DNA from: a virus
Taxonomy: Duplodnaviria > Caudoviricetes
Reading direction: 5' to 3' (one strand)
IMG/VR virus record: IMGVR_UViG_3300032030_000015
Coordinates: 81,002-145,001 of that record
Length of the DNA: 64,000 bases
Positions within the stretch are counted from its first letter, which is position 1. Each line of letters starts with the position of its first letter. This document shows positions 16,427 through 27,463 of this stretch, one piece after another. Under the pieces are notes generated by a model. It made no database searches. It saw nothing but the letters and a program-made list of their open reading frames with translations, and had not been told where the DNA came from. The translations under genes and the position numbers were made by a program.

Positions 16427-19400
16427 TCAGATGTACATCATCTGCATCGTCACGTTGCCCAGCCCCGTCTCGTTGCTGATGTCGTACTCCATCTCGTTGA
16501 TGAATCCCGTCACGTCGCCCACCGTCGCCCTCACCGTGTCGTCGATGCTGAGCAGCTGCGCCAGCTCCATGCGCACCGGCAGGTTGACGATGCGGGCATT
16601 GCGCACCCAGTAGCTATACTCCTTGTAGAACTGGTCGCACAAGCCACGACCCTGCAGGTTCTTGTTGGTGATTTCTAGATAGCGGCGGTTGCTGTTGCTC
16701 TCCGGTTGTTTTGGATTGAAGTACGGATTGGGCTTCTCCGCACGCAGTTTCAGCGAGAAGCGACCGTATCTGGAATCTTCACCATCGTTATTCAGATATA
16801 GAGCCTCCGTCGAGCCGCCGTAGGCAATACGGCAGAGGGACATAAGTGTGCTTGCACGCGACGCATTGCCGTCCAGTTCTATTATTAGATTCCGTAACCC
16901 GTTATATCCTTCAGCGTCTGCTGCCATAATGTCTGCAATGGATTTTCCCTGCAGGCTGTTTAAGTAGACATAGAAATCCCTCCACGACACTTGACCACTA
17001 TTGCTGTAGCTTGTAGCGAACAACGCATGATGATACTTGCCGTCATCGCTGCTGAATACAAGTTCTCCGTATGCGTAGGTGAGATAGCCTTTACTGTTGT
17101 CGTAGAATGGCGCATGGCTGTTTGGCCACAGTTCAACCAACTTTGCTATTGCCTGTGCTGGAGTAGATATGATTGTTGCTGATGATATGCCAGGCTGATT
17201 GCCGTTATAGTCCCACTCGTTCCCATAATTGTCGCAGGTGTCGGGATGTGCCGTCACGCTACTGCCAGCCATAATATCCCATGTATCATTCTTCTCTCCG
17301 TCGTCGGGGTCAGCCGTGTAGTTTACGTAGGCGTCGCTGCCGCTGCCGCGCATGATGCCGAGCGTCAGGCCCCAGTCCTTCGTTTCAATAGGAGATATGC
17401 CATCGTCGTTCGGCTCAAAGTTGTCCTGCAGGTACAGGCGGTAGCCCTCGTTGATATGGCCGGCAATGTGCAAGTCGGTAACCTGGCATTTGGCGACGTG
17501 ATAGGTCCAGTCCATAAAACCTTCGTAATCAATCTTGTAAGTAAACGACAACTCCGTACTTAATCCTGTCCTTTCTGCATACATATCAGAAGTGATGGCA
17601 AATGAACCTGGCTGCACGACACTGTCGTTTACCATTTTTTTGCCAGAACCACTGGGGCCATGTAGTTCATACAGTTTCTCAACGCTATATACCGCATCGG
17701 AATCATCATAATCTTTTCCGTCTTGCAAATCCGGCCTGCGCGGACGCATCGTTTCGTCCACGAACAGCGCGAACCGCTGATTCTTCGTTCTGTTCTCGCC
17801 ACGCTGATTCTCGTAGTTCACGTCGTTCATGATGGCTGGCGTAAATCCCACGTTGACGGTCTTGATGGTCTCGTCCTCGCCGGTGCAGTCTCCGTCTTCC
17901 GCGTCCATGAAGTCGGCACATCCGAATAGCGACGGATGCAGCTCGTCATAGCGCTTGGCATCCTTGTCCACCTTGATGACGTAGGCATCGCCAGTCCAGT
18001 TGTCCACATAGCAGGTTTTGTCGAAGGCCGATACCTTATCCAACAGGTCTTCATACTTCGCATCAAGGTTCCAGTGTGAGTAGTCATGCTTGTCGCTGTC
18101 GTCCACAAAGTACGGCTTCTTGTGTGGCAGTTTGTCGGCAAAACCCTTGTAGTAGAAGTGCGTGTCCTCGCTTTCGCCGTAGGTCATGCGGAAGCCGCGT
18201 ATCGAGTTCTCAGTCTTCGTCGGCTCGCCCACGATATCGCACTGAATAGTCTGCACCTCTGTACTACGGAAGATGTTCCTCAGCAGTACGATGCGCACCC
18301 GCTTGTAGTCTTCGCTGAACAGCAGGCGCACGCCGAAGCCACTCTCCAGTGCGCTAACCACCTCGCTGATGTCCACATTGGGAAAACACTCGCTGGTGGC
18401 GATGGCGTCGTGCAGGAAGATGTTCTTTGCAATACCTTTGTTCTGCCCGTTAATGCCGTCGTAATAAGCCCTGACGGCCTCGCTCATGCCAGCTATCTCT
18501 TTCACCTTAATATCTATACGCTCTATCTCCGGTATCTGGCTTGTCACATCGACGTCGTGCGTATAGTCAAAACCACTGATTGTAGTTGTCACCGTCTCAT
18601 ACCACCGTCCAGCCGTGAATCCCTTGCACTCCAGTCCGCAGTCCTCAATCTTGGTAATCTTCTTCAGACCGTCGTATCGCTTGGTTGGTTTGTCGTTACC
18701 GTACTTTTCGTCCTTCAAGTCGCCAAAATACTCCGCAACAAGGTTGCCGTCACTGCCAAACTGATACTTGCCCAGCGACCAGTCGTACTCTTGCGGATTG
18801 CGCAGCTTCTTCACTTCCTTGTATGCACAGTTGGTGTTCACGAAGAACAGCCGTCGCAGGTCCTCCACGTCCATCATCTGGTTCTCTTCCACGTAGATGC
18901 CCAGGTGCTTCATCAGCGCCCTCACCCAGTAGATGACAAAGAAGTTAGGTGCAGAGTTCACGCGGTTGGCGGGCATCACCTCGTAGCCGCGCTGTGCTGT
19001 CGGCTCACTGCTATAGTCATCGTAGGTCGTCTTGGTGCCGTTCTCTTCCCTCGTAACGGTGTACCCTGATTTCTGATAACACAGTGCCACGTTGCAGTAG
19101 GGGTGTGCGTCGTCATACGGATAGTCGGTGTTCAGACAGTCTATCTCCTCGTCATCTTCGCCCGTCTTCAGATTGTCAAACTTACCCTTTGGAAATACCA
19201 TGCGCGGATATTGCTGTACGGAGTTGCCTTCATCCTCACCGTCGTACATGAAAAAAGTCAGCTGCGGGTCTTCGTCGCCGACAATCGTCGGATGAACTTC
19301 GTGAGTTATGACGGTAGGATCAGATATGTCTCTGCCAGACATTGCCTTAGTCTTGAACTTGGCCGACGCCTCCAGTTTCACATTGACGCACGTCCACCTC

Positions 19401-19828
19401 TTTCTCCATAGCGCCACACCAAACCTGACATCCCCCATCATCGGCACCTGGTTGGCCTTGGCCCCCTCAATCATCTCCTCGAACGTTTTCTGCCCGCTCT
19501 CGAAGGTCACGTCCACGTTGCCGTCCCCGTCCACGTCCACCTCGTCGGCCAGCCGCAGGTAGCCCAGGTAGAGCGGCAGGCCCTCGGCCCAGATGCGGGC
19601 CTTGCGCTTGTTCATCTGCTCGTGCAGTCGCGAGCCGTGGATGTCACCCGCCGTGCCGAACAGGTGTGCGTTGGCAGGGATGTTCAGCGTGAACTCCTGC
19701 GAGAATACTGCGCCGCTGCCGAATATCTGCGACGTGCGGCGGATGTGGATGACGGTGTTCGGTGGCAGCGTGGCGAACTGCGAGCCGCTGCCTGTGAGGT
19801 CGAATACTTCTAATGCTAAGTGTTCCAT
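16427..19828 (-). CDS. Large tail/baseplate hub protein
   Basis: N-terminal FSQEFTLNIPANAHLFG typical of siphovirus tail hub proteins; late promoter upstream; low-GC variable segments. Confidence 0.65.
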   Translation of the reverse strand: MEHLALEVFDLTGSGSQFATLPPNTVIHIRRTSQIFGSGAVFSQEFTLNIPANAHLFGTAGDIHGSRLHEQMNKRKARIWAEGLPLYLGYLRLADEVDVDGDGNVDVTFESGQKTFEEMIEGAKANQVPMMGDVRFGVALWRKRWTCVNVKLEASAKFKTKAMSGRDISDPTVITHEVHPTIVGDEDPQLTFFMYDGEDEGNSVQQYPRMVFPKGKFDNLKTGEDDEEIDCLNTDYPYDDAHPYCNVALCYQKSGYTVTREENGTKTTYDDYSSEPTAQRGYEVMPANRVNSAPNFFVIYWVRALMKHLGIYVEENQMMDVEDLRRLFFVNTNCAYKEVKKLRNPQEYDWSLGKYQFGSDGNLVAEYFGDLKDEKYGNDKPTKRYDGLKKITKIEDCGLECKGFTAGRWYETVTTTISGFDYTHDVDVTSQIPEIERIDIKVKEIAGMSEAVRAYYDGINGQNKGIAKNIFLHDAIATSECFPNVDISEVVSALESGFGVRLLFSEDYKRVRIVLLRNIFRSTEVQTIQCDIVGEPTKTENSIRGFRMTYGESEDTHFYYKGFADKLPHKKPYFVDDSDKHDYSHWNLDAKYEDLLDKVSAFDKTCYVDNWTGDAYVIKVDKDAKRYDELHPSLFGCADFMDAEDGDCTGEDETIKTVNVGFTPAIMNDVNYENQRGENRTKNQRFALFVDETMRPRRPDLQDGKDYDDSDAVYSVEKLYELHGPSGSGKKMVNDSVVQPGSFAITSDMYAERTGLSTELSFTYKIDYEGFMDWTYHVAKCQVTDLHIAGHINEGYRLYLQDNFEPNDDGISPIETKDWGLTLGIMRGSGSDAYVNYTADPDDGEKNDTWDIMAGSSVTAHPDTCDNYGNEWDYNGNQPGISSATIISTPAQAIAKLVELWPNSHAPFYDNSKGYLTYAYGELVFSSDDGKYHHALFATSYSNSGQVSWRDFYVYLNSLQGKSIADIMAADAEGYNGLRNLIIELDGNASRASTLMSLCRIAYGGSTEALYLNNDGEDSRYGRFSLKLRAEKPNPYFNPKQPESNSNRRYLEITNKNLQGRGLCDQFYKEYSYWVRNARIVNLPVRMELAQLLSIDDTVRATVGDVTGFINEMEYDISNETGLGNVTMQMMYI

Positions 19829-19847
19829 AAGGGATAATTGTTTTTAC

Positions 19848-19929
19848 CCCATAATACGGTGCGGCGTAATGAAAATCAAGGGCAAAACACCCTGCCCTTG
19901 ATTTCTTTTTCTCCGATTTGTATATTGCG
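19848..19929. promoter_or_regulatory. Back-to-back pair of late promoters, copies 2 (19848-19885, -) and 3 (19892-19929, +)
   Basis: TTGCCCTTGATTTT-N14-GTATTATGG on the minus strand and CTGCCCTTGATTTC-N14-GTATATTGC on the plus strand, between divergent tail genes. Confidence 0.7.
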
Positions 19930-19940
19930 CAAAAAAAGAT

Positions 19941-22900
19941 ATGGCCCGTACATCACCCGTTCACTACATAGCCCCCAGTGCAATAAGCATCACGCCCAAC
20001 GCCAACGGCTCTCACCGAGACTTGGCAGTATACGTCGCCAAGGGTGCAAAGATAAAAGTCCTCTGCCCAAGGGCTGGCATTGGCTATGTGAAGAATGAAT
20101 ATCAGGAGTGGACGCTTAGCGGGCGCAACCGCAGGCTGGCCGATACTACAGGAACAGTACCATATACCATCTATGCACGACTGAAAAAGACGGGCGACAA
20201 GACTGGCTATCTTGTGTTTGTCCCAAAGTCTGAGAATGGGACGGACAAATACCAGTATCTCACGCTGGCCGACAATGCCATAAACGGAATCACTTCCATA
20301 GATGGCGCCACCACGAGTTATTTCGACTGGTACATACGTCTTGGCGACGTTTCGGCGGCAGAGAACGGCCAGCGCACCGTCACGCTCGACACCGGCATAC
20401 TGGGCACCGACCAGTACAACGAGAAGTGGGCGCTGAATCCCGACTTGCTGCCGCTGCGCATAGAGCTGGGCTGCACCATCGACGACGAAGACGCAGGCCC
20501 GACGCCATATGTCTACTGGGGGCAGCAGCTCGTGCTCACCGCTACCCTTACCGAAGGATGGACGGGTACCGACATCAAGCGCTTCGACCACTGGGAAATT
20601 ACGAGGGATTCCGGCGACAGCGATGCCGACAATGCGTGGAACCATCCAACAGGTGCAGGCAGCTATCGCGGACTGACCGACGGGCAAATCACCCTGACGC
20701 ATGCCCGTGGCGTGGGCGATGACTTCAACGGCGCCGTTGCAGCAACCTTTACCGTGGTGGCAATGGGACATCCGGAGGAGGGTTCCGAATCGCAGGACCT
20801 TGTTGCTCTGAAGACTGCCGTCATCAATATCCATGCCGAGACGGTGGAGCGGTACGAGCTGGCCATGACAGCCAACATCGTGGGCTACAACCCCATGACT
20901 CAGGCCTACGATCCTGACAGCATCACGCTCCGCATCCGCGCCACCGACCAGCGCGGCGACGTGTTCGAGATGACCAAGGGGCAGATTGACAATGCCGGGC
21001 TTGAAGTACAGTATGCAGCCGTCGGCTCTTCCGGATGGCGGACACTTGACTTCACGGGTGCAAGCGACGTCGTGGGCACGGCAACGCTCATTACCGCCAC
21101 CGCCTTTGCCGCCCAGCAGAGCATCAACGTGCGACTGGTACGTATCATAGATACCGACGGAGGCAGCTCCGAGACAGAGCTGACGCAGCAGACCATCGCC
21201 TTCGTCCGCGACGGCGAGGACTCGAAGGTGCGCGAGTGGATTTTCTACCGCAGTACCAAAGCTATCACCTTCGGCACCGTGCAGAACCCCTACCCTGCCG
21301 ACGTTACCGGTGGCGAGGTGAACCCATCCGCCATCGCAGACGGCAGCGACAGCGACAAAAATCAGGACGGCTGGGTGCCCGAGGGGTGGACTGACGAGCG
21401 CCTCGGTGCTGACGACACCTACCGCTATGAGTATAGTTCCTACCGCGACTACGTTCGTGGCGGCGACTCATCGTCCTCTGGCGACGTCGGCGGATGGGGA
21501 CCTTTCTCCGAGCCTCGCGTGCAGAGTCACTGGGGTGCCGACGGCAAGACCTCCGTCCGAATAGACCTCGACAACCCACACGAGGACTTCCTCTACTCCG
21601 ACGACTCTGACAACACACATGGCGGTAGGGTCTCTGATCCCGTGACAACACAGGCACGCCTCTATGACGGCGGCGAACTGGTGAACACAGGCGTGACATG
21701 GAGCATCGACCCCTCGCTCTCCTACGGCGTCGTCCTCAGCGACGGCCAGAGTCCCTACTTCGCATGGCTTGACAACAGCACGCCTGGCCTGCTGCATGTG
21801 GAGGGCATCTACGCACAGTCCTCCTTTGTCACCGTGAAGGCCGTCTACGGCGACAACACCTACTATGCGAAGTTCACCGCCAACATGTGCCGCCAAGACA
21901 AGTACTCGCTGGTGCTGACGCCCAACGCCGTAGCCTACAATTCGGCGACCTATGCCACGCAGGTCGTCGCCGTAGCCGTGACACGCCTCGATATCGGCGG
22001 CGCGAAGAGCGACGTCGTCTTCGCCTCCGGCGGCGATGATTTCTACAACCCTGTGAAAATCAGCTCCACGTCGGGATGCGGCCTTCTGCGTCTGTTTGTC
22101 ACCTACAGGAAGAAGTCCGGCGACAACGTGTCGCAGGTCACCGAGCAAATCCTCTCCGAGACATTCAGCATAACGGCAGGCGCCGACAACGTCGCCGACC
22201 TCAATGACGACATCTACTTCGAGCTGCGCAAGTATGCCAGCGCGGATGCCGCCAACAGCAGTACATACAAGATCATGGACTACGACACCGTGCCCATTAC
22301 GAAGGCCGAGAACGGCGACCCTGCTATCGTCTATACCCTTATTCCAAGTTTAAGCTCTGTCCATCGTGATAGCGACCATATCCCAAGCGTTGACTCCATC
22401 AGCTTCAAGGTATCGAAGACCGTCGGCGGCACGACTTCCGAGATTGGCAATTGGAATACGGAAGGTCTGACACTATACCACAATATCGGTGACAGTGATG
22501 TTAATGATGGTACTGTCAGCGGAGCGACTAAGACTTTAACGGGTATACAGAATGGCCTTTACTACGAGAATGACTCCGTAGAATGGATATTGAAAAAAGG
22601 CAGCTCTGTTGTTGACCGCAAGGTTGTCGGTACTGTCGATGACGGTAGTCCGGGAGATGCAGGTCTTGACGCATGGACGCTCGCCGTCTCGCCGCAGGCC
22701 GTCATCATCACCCAGTCGAAGGACGACCCCACCGACTTCGGACTCTCAGCCTCGAACCCCCGAGTCATCGCCGTCACGGCACGGTGCGGCAACCATCCAG
22801 CCACCGTCATCCTGTCCAGCGTCGGCGCCAGCATCCCCTCGGGAGTGACGCTGGTACGGCAGGACAACACCGCACGCATAACGGCCATCAGCACCTACGG

Positions 22901-24767
22901 CGACAGCTACCCGCAGCGTTTCGACATCCAGCTCCAGGGGTCGGCAATCTACGGCTCGCGGTCCTACAGCTTCACGCTGACCGTGCCCGTCGCCGTCAAC
23001 CTCATGGGAACCATCAAGACTACCATCCAGGGCGACGTCGAGACCACAGTGGCCAGCCGCGTGACGTCGGAGATTGACAGCCGCGGACTCCTTACCGCCA
23101 CGCAGGCCGAGGCTACCTACATACGCTCGGCTGACCTGAACGTCAGCGAGCTCCGCGAGGAGGTCGACGGCGCAGTCTCCGCAGTCAGCCGCGTAGAGCA
23201 GACGGCAACGCAGCTGCAGAGCCGCGTCACAGACAGCGAGGGCAACATAGGAAAGCTGCAGATACAGGCACGAAACATCTTCCTCGGACTGATGGACGGT
23301 AGCTACCAGATGCTGCCCAACCCCGGATTCCTCGCCACGGACATCGCCAAGTGGAGCTACAGTGCGACGTACTGGAGCTTCACAACCTCCGGATCCATAC
23401 GCTACGCCAGCTCAGTGCGTAAGTACACTGGCTATAACAACAACGTCGGAATACTCAAGCTCGCCACGCCCGTCATAATGACCGGAGGCAGGTGGTACAC
23501 GCTGGGCTTCGACCTCTCGCTGGCCAGCGCAGCATCATCCACACCGATATTCACGGGCACCGTCACCATTGCCGGACAGTCCGCCTCAAACCCCACACAA
23601 CTGCTGGCAATGCCGATGAAAGGCGGCGAAGAATACAACATTAACGTAAGAGGTTTTATACTTTCCGGAGGCGGCTACCTCACCGTGGGCATCTACAGCT
23701 CCGGCGGAAGCACACCTCTTGCGGCAACGACGTTCAATTCCACCGACGGTTCAATACGCACCATCACGCTGACGGCACCGGCGGACGGAACGTACTACGT
23801 CAAAGGCTACGGAGCGGGACAAGTGACCCTGGTCACGGCGGACAAGGGAACGCTGCGCCTGAACATAACCCACGCAAACGGTTTTACAGGCAACATCTAC
23901 GTCAACGGCAAGCCGGAGAAACGCACTGCGACCGATTCCTACGACTTCTACTTTGCCACCTCCGCCACCAGTTACCTGCGGCAGGTCATCACCTTCGAGT
24001 GCGACGACAACTTGGAGGAAACGGCCAACGTGTCGTTCTACAGCCCCATGAACGGACTGCCCATACGCATCATCCGACCGCGGCTGGAGGAGGGCATGGA
24101 GGCACGGGGCTTCGGCAGCGACATCGAAGGTCTCGCACGCACAGGCATCGACATCGAGCGGGGTAAGATTACCGCCGTAGCCGACCAGTTCGAGTGGCAG
24201 AACCGCGACGGCGACCAGATCATGGGGCTCGACGCGGCAGGCAACGCCGAGTTCGCAGGCATAGTACGCTCGAAAGGCATTTACCACAGCATCGGGTTCT
24301 TCAGTGTCTCTAACGGCACCACGGCCTACAACTGGACGTACCAGGACGGCTATGTACGCACCGAACGCAACTATCTGACACCAGAAGAATACTCCGACGA
24401 GTACGAGGAAGGACACGGCTACGTCTCCGCATGTATTTACGTCGGATGCGGACTGCTCGACATCATATACCTGCGATTCGCAATCGCCGACCACTGTCTC
24501 TACATACCCAATCCGCAGGGCAACGAGGGAAAGCAGATCGAGATTTACAAGGGCAACACCACCTATCAGTGGCATATCGGTACAGACCCTAACGTCGCCA
24601 ACCATACGTTCTACGACGCTATGTTTAACGGCGGCATAATACAGAGCAACTACATCGTCCTGACGGCTTCAACCATCTACGTCCGGCTGCTGAGCAACGG
24701 CGAACAGTGGTATGTCCTTGAACGGCGAGACAAGTACGGGACGGTAACGACCATCCAGAACATCTGA
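19941..24767 (+). CDS. Large tail tip/host-specificity protein
   Basis: 1608 aa, with beta-rich Ig/CBM-like modules, a coiled coil (SRVEQTATQLQSRV) and the TGIDIERGKITAVAD motif. Confidence 0.7.
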   Translation: MARTSPVHYIAPSAISITPNANGSHRDLAVYVAKGAKIKVLCPRAGIGYVKNEYQEWTLSGRNRRLADTTGTVPYTIYARLKKTGDKTGYLVFVPKSENGTDKYQYLTLADNAINGITSIDGATTSYFDWYIRLGDVSAAENGQRTVTLDTGILGTDQYNEKWALNPDLLPLRIELGCTIDDEDAGPTPYVYWGQQLVLTATLTEGWTGTDIKRFDHWEITRDSGDSDADNAWNHPTGAGSYRGLTDGQITLTHARGVGDDFNGAVAATFTVVAMGHPEEGSESQDLVALKTAVINIHAETVERYELAMTANIVGYNPMTQAYDPDSITLRIRATDQRGDVFEMTKGQIDNAGLEVQYAAVGSSGWRTLDFTGASDVVGTATLITATAFAAQQSINVRLVRIIDTDGGSSETELTQQTIAFVRDGEDSKVREWIFYRSTKAITFGTVQNPYPADVTGGEVNPSAIADGSDSDKNQDGWVPEGWTDERLGADDTYRYEYSSYRDYVRGGDSSSSGDVGGWGPFSEPRVQSHWGADGKTSVRIDLDNPHEDFLYSDDSDNTHGGRVSDPVTTQARLYDGGELVNTGVTWSIDPSLSYGVVLSDGQSPYFAWLDNSTPGLLHVEGIYAQSSFVTVKAVYGDNTYYAKFTANMCRQDKYSLVLTPNAVAYNSATYATQVVAVAVTRLDIGGAKSDVVFASGGDDFYNPVKISSTSGCGLLRLFVTYRKKSGDNVSQVTEQILSETFSITAGADNVADLNDDIYFELRKYASADAANSSTYKIMDYDTVPITKAENGDPAIVYTLIPSLSSVHRDSDHIPSVDSISFKVSKTVGGTTSEIGNWNTEGLTLYHNIGDSDVNDGTVSGATKTLTGIQNGLYYENDSVEWILKKGSSVVDRKVVGTVDDGSPGDAGLDAWTLAVSPQAVIITQSKDDPTDFGLSASNPRVIAVTARCGNHPATVILSSVGASIPSGVTLVRQDNTARITAISTYGDSYPQRFDIQLQGSAIYGSRSYSFTLTVPVAVNLMGTIKTTIQGDVETTVASRVTSEIDSRGLLTATQAEATYIRSADLNVSELREEVDGAVSAVSRVEQTATQLQSRVTDSEGNIGKLQIQARNIFLGLMDGSYQMLPNPGFLATDIAKWSYSATYWSFTTSGSIRYASSVRKYTGYNNNVGILKLATPVIMTGGRWYTLGFDLSLASAASSTPIFTGTVTIAGQSASNPTQLLAMPMKGGEEYNINVRGFILSGGGYLTVGIYSSGGSTPLAATTFNSTDGSIRTITLTAPADGTYYVKGYGAGQVTLVTADKGTLRLNITHANGFTGNIYVNGKPEKRTATDSYDFYFATSATSYLRQVITFECDDNLEETANVSFYSPMNGLPIRIIRPRLEEGMEARGFGSDIEGLARTGIDIERGKITAVADQFEWQNRDGDQIMGLDAAGNAEFAGIVRSKGIYHSIGFFSVSNGTTAYNWTYQDGYVRTERNYLTPEEYSDEYEEGHGYVSACIYVGCGLLDIIYLRFAIADHCLYIPNPQGNEGKQIEIYKGNTTYQWHIGTDPNVANHTFYDAMFNGGIIQSNYIVLTASTIYVRLLSNGEQWYVLERRDKYGTVTTIQNI

Positions 24768-24802
24768 CACACAATATTTAACAACCCAACAGACAACGAG
24801 AT

Positions 24803-25477
24803 ATGATATACCCAGGGACAGACATAAAATGGATGGTGACAGTCGAGATGGACGGCTTCTCGATAGACGAGGACGACATGGAACTGGTCATCAAGAACAG
24901 ATACGGGCAGGTGAAGTATTCGTACAAGGCCGAAGATTTCTACACCAACGGCAATGGTATGTGGTTCTTCAACATGCCCAACGCTCGCAGAGGCTCATAC
25001 TTTGCCTTACTGACGTGCTGGCGCGGTGACGAAGACTTCCACGACGGCTATCAGAAGGTGACAGACATCCAGCACTTCGTCGACGTCGGCGTCTGCGGCT
25101 GCGCCAATCACACCTGTCACTGCTGTCAGACCGACGGCATGAAGGTGACGTACACGCGAGTATGGACGGTAAACTTCCAGGACGGCATCTACTTGGCCGA
25201 CAAGGACGGAAATCCGATACGTGATTGCAACGGCGAGCTGATACGCTTTAGCGACCGTGTGCCGGAGCGTAAGGACGTACGCATCGACATGACGGCTGAG
25301 GAGTTCAAGCACTGGATGGACGACCGCGACAAGAACGGTATCATCGACACGCGGAAGGAACTGGAGGACGTTCTCGGCGGTGTTGACGACGACACCGAAT
25401 TGGGGCTGATGACACCGGACGACACCAGAGACATGATGAGCCGAATACTGAACAACAACGAAAATACAGGAGGATAA
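24803..25477 (+). CDS. Fibre base/baseplate adaptor (Ig-like N-terminus, Cys cluster, C-terminal dock motif)
   Basis: MIYPGTDIK.. beta-sandwich; CGCANHTCHCC; IDTRKEL; ends LMTPDDTRDMMSRIL. Confidence 0.55.
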   Translation: MIYPGTDIKWMVTVEMDGFSIDEDDMELVIKNRYGQVKYSYKAEDFYTNGNGMWFFNMPNARRGSYFALLTCWRGDEDFHDGYQKVTDIQHFVDVGVCGCANHTCHCCQTDGMKVTYTRVWTVNFQDGIYLADKDGNPIRDCNGELIRFSDRVPERKDVRIDMTAEEFKHWMDDRDKNGIIDTRKELEDVLGGVDDDTELGLMTPDDTRDMMSRILNNNENTGG

Positions 25478-25481
25478 AGCT

Positions 25482-25805
25482 ATGCCAAGACCAAGAGAAG
25501 ACAAGTCGGTGCGCCTGTCGATGTCGGGCGAGGAGTTCAAGACGCTCATTGAGCGTTTTACGGACAACGGGCGGATAGACACCGTTCCAGAGCTGATGGA
25601 GACCGCTGCGGATATGCCGTCGATTATTAACGAGAAGGTGCAAGACGCTATGGACAATATCAGCACGGCAACGGACGAGGATATTACCGACCTTTTCGGT
25701 GGCGAGCAGGATGAGCAGCAGCCCATCGTCAGCGACGGCGACGGTGACGGAATCGACGATTCGCTGATAGCCGACGATGAAGACATCGAAAGCCTTTACA
25801 GATGA
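25482..25805 (+). CDS. Fibre adaptor with two C-terminal dock motifs
   Basis: N-terminus paralogous to the end of the 24803 gene (VRLSMSGEEFK..NGRIDT vs VRIDMTAEEFK..NGIIDT); ATDEDITDLF and ADDEDIESLY. Confidence 0.6.
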   Translation: MPRPREDKSVRLSMSGEEFKTLIERFTDNGRIDTVPELMETAADMPSIINEKVQDAMDNISTATDEDITDLFGGEQDEQQPIVSDGDGDGIDDSLIADDEDIESLYR

Positions 25806-25874
25806 TGAAGAGGACGTTAGTCCGAATCAATATAGTTCACTTTATTCATTAACAACACAAACACAAAAGCTATT

Positions 25875-26756
25875 ATGGCACTATCAGACGCTCAGAAAGC
25901 AAAACTTATCAAGTTAGGGCAGTTGGCGAAGTTCAAGGAGCTTGCCGATGCCAAGTATCAGGCCGCTATCAGCGACCTCTCAACCATCCGTAGCGGTGCT
26001 GCCGCAGGTGCAACAGCCTATCAGAAGCCTCAGACAGGTATTCCGTCTACCGACCTTGCACAGGCCGTACAAGACGCTATCACCGCCGCAGGCTCGGCTC
26101 TCCAGCCATCGGACATCGCGGAACTGACCAGTAAGGTGTCCGCTCTCGAAGGACTCATCACTGCCGATGACCCCCGTGGTGCCATTGACAAGTTCAACGA
26201 GATTGTCGCCTTCCTTGACGGCATTGATGCTACCACCCTCGATGGCATCCTCACAACCATCAACAGCAATATCGCTGCTAAGTACACGAAGCCTGACACA
26301 GGTATTCCCGCAACAGACCTCGCCGACAGCGTACAGGCTTCGCTGGCACTCGCCGACACAGCCATTCAGCAGGCAGATATTGACGGCTTCGCCACGAAGG
26401 TTGACGGTGCTACGGCAGGAAACTTCGCCGGGCTTGACTCTAACGGCAACCTTGTAGACAGCGGTGCAAAGGCTTCGGACTTCCAGCCCGCAGGAAACTA
26501 CAAGACCACGCAGAGCGCCGTCGCTGACCCCACTGCCAACGGGACAGCCGTAGCCTTCATCGACTCTATCTCTCAGAATACCAACGGAGAGGTTAGCGTC
26601 ACGAAGAAGACTGTTGTCGGTGCCGTGGCATCATCGGCAGGTGTAGGCGGCAATGCTGGCCTTCTGTCTGCTACCGATAAGGAGAAGATTGACGCTATCG
26701 ACTACGCCACCGACGCTGAGGTAGCTGCACTCTTTGCCGAGGAGGAAGGCGAGTAA
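25875..26756 (+). CDS. Fibre segment protein
   Basis: Repeated YxKPxTGIPxTDL, IDKFNEIVAFL and GNLVDSG fibre motifs. Confidence 0.75.
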   Translation: MALSDAQKAKLIKLGQLAKFKELADAKYQAAISDLSTIRSGAAAGATAYQKPQTGIPSTDLAQAVQDAITAAGSALQPSDIAELTSKVSALEGLITADDPRGAIDKFNEIVAFLDGIDATTLDGILTTINSNIAAKYTKPDTGIPATDLADSVQASLALADTAIQQADIDGFATKVDGATAGNFAGLDSNGNLVDSGAKASDFQPAGNYKTTQSAVADPTANGTAVAFIDSISQNTNGEVSVTKKTVVGAVASSAGVGGNAGLLSATDKEKIDAIDYATDAEVAALFAEEEGE

Positions 26757-26811
26757 ACACGTTCACACGGGAGGGGGAGCAACGTCCCTCTCCCCTTAAA
26801 AGGAAACGGTC

Positions 26812-26955
26812 ATGGACAATTTCAATAATAAGACAGTCACTCTCGGCAACCTTGCCACCTACGACGGCCTTATCCGTCAGTGGGTAGACGGCAGAGTGAT
26901 GACTTCCGAGGACACAGACTCCATGATGCAACGTGTACTCGGAGCGAACGATTAG
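26812..26955 (+). CDS. 47-aa fibre adaptor (not in the ORF track)
   Basis: MDNFNNKTVTLGNLATYDGLIRQWVDGRVMTSEDTDSMMQRVLGAND*, consisting of an N-dock and a C-dock only. Confidence 0.7.
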   Translation: MDNFNNKTVTLGNLATYDGLIRQWVDGRVMTSEDTDSMMQRVLGAND

Positions 26956-26989
26956 TAAACAATTTTTTAACGTTAAGAAATTACGCATT

Positions 26990-27451
26990 ATGGCAAACAC
27001 ACTGAAAGACTTGGCTTCTACAGCCAAACTGGTTTCGCAGACCGCGCTTGAGCAGGCTCTGACCGACCTCAAGAATTACATCGACACGCAGGATGCCGCA
27101 GGCGGCTCGTCGGCACAGCAGGCCATCCAGCAGCTGCAGTCACAGCTCGACACGCTCATCGGTGCGCAGGGCGGTGATGTAGACAAGATTATCAACACCT
27201 TCAACGAGATTAAGGCGTTCCTTGCCGACTACGACGAGGACGACACGCTGAAATCAATTATTGACGCTGCCGAGGCTGCTGCTGCCGCTGCTGCCGCAAC
27301 CGCCGAGCAGAACGCCAAGACGTATGCCGACGGTCTGAACACGACAATGTCCGCTCGCGTGAAGACGCTTGAGGACATCAACGTCATGACGGCACAGGAG
27401 GCACACACCATCTACGAAGGAGTGTTCAACTCTGCAGCGGCAGGAGACTAA
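26990..27451 (+). CDS. Fibre segment protein (start MANTLK at 26990)
   Basis: INTFNEIKAFL motif, AEQNAKTYAD coiled coil, terminal dock motifs. Confidence 0.75.
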   Translation: MANTLKDLASTAKLVSQTALEQALTDLKNYIDTQDAAGGSSAQQAIQQLQSQLDTLIGAQGGDVDKIINTFNEIKAFLADYDEDDTLKSIIDAAEAAAAAAAATAEQNAKTYADGLNTTMSARVKTLEDINVMTAQEAHTIYEGVFNSAAAGD

Positions 27452-27463
27452 AGGAGGGAGACG

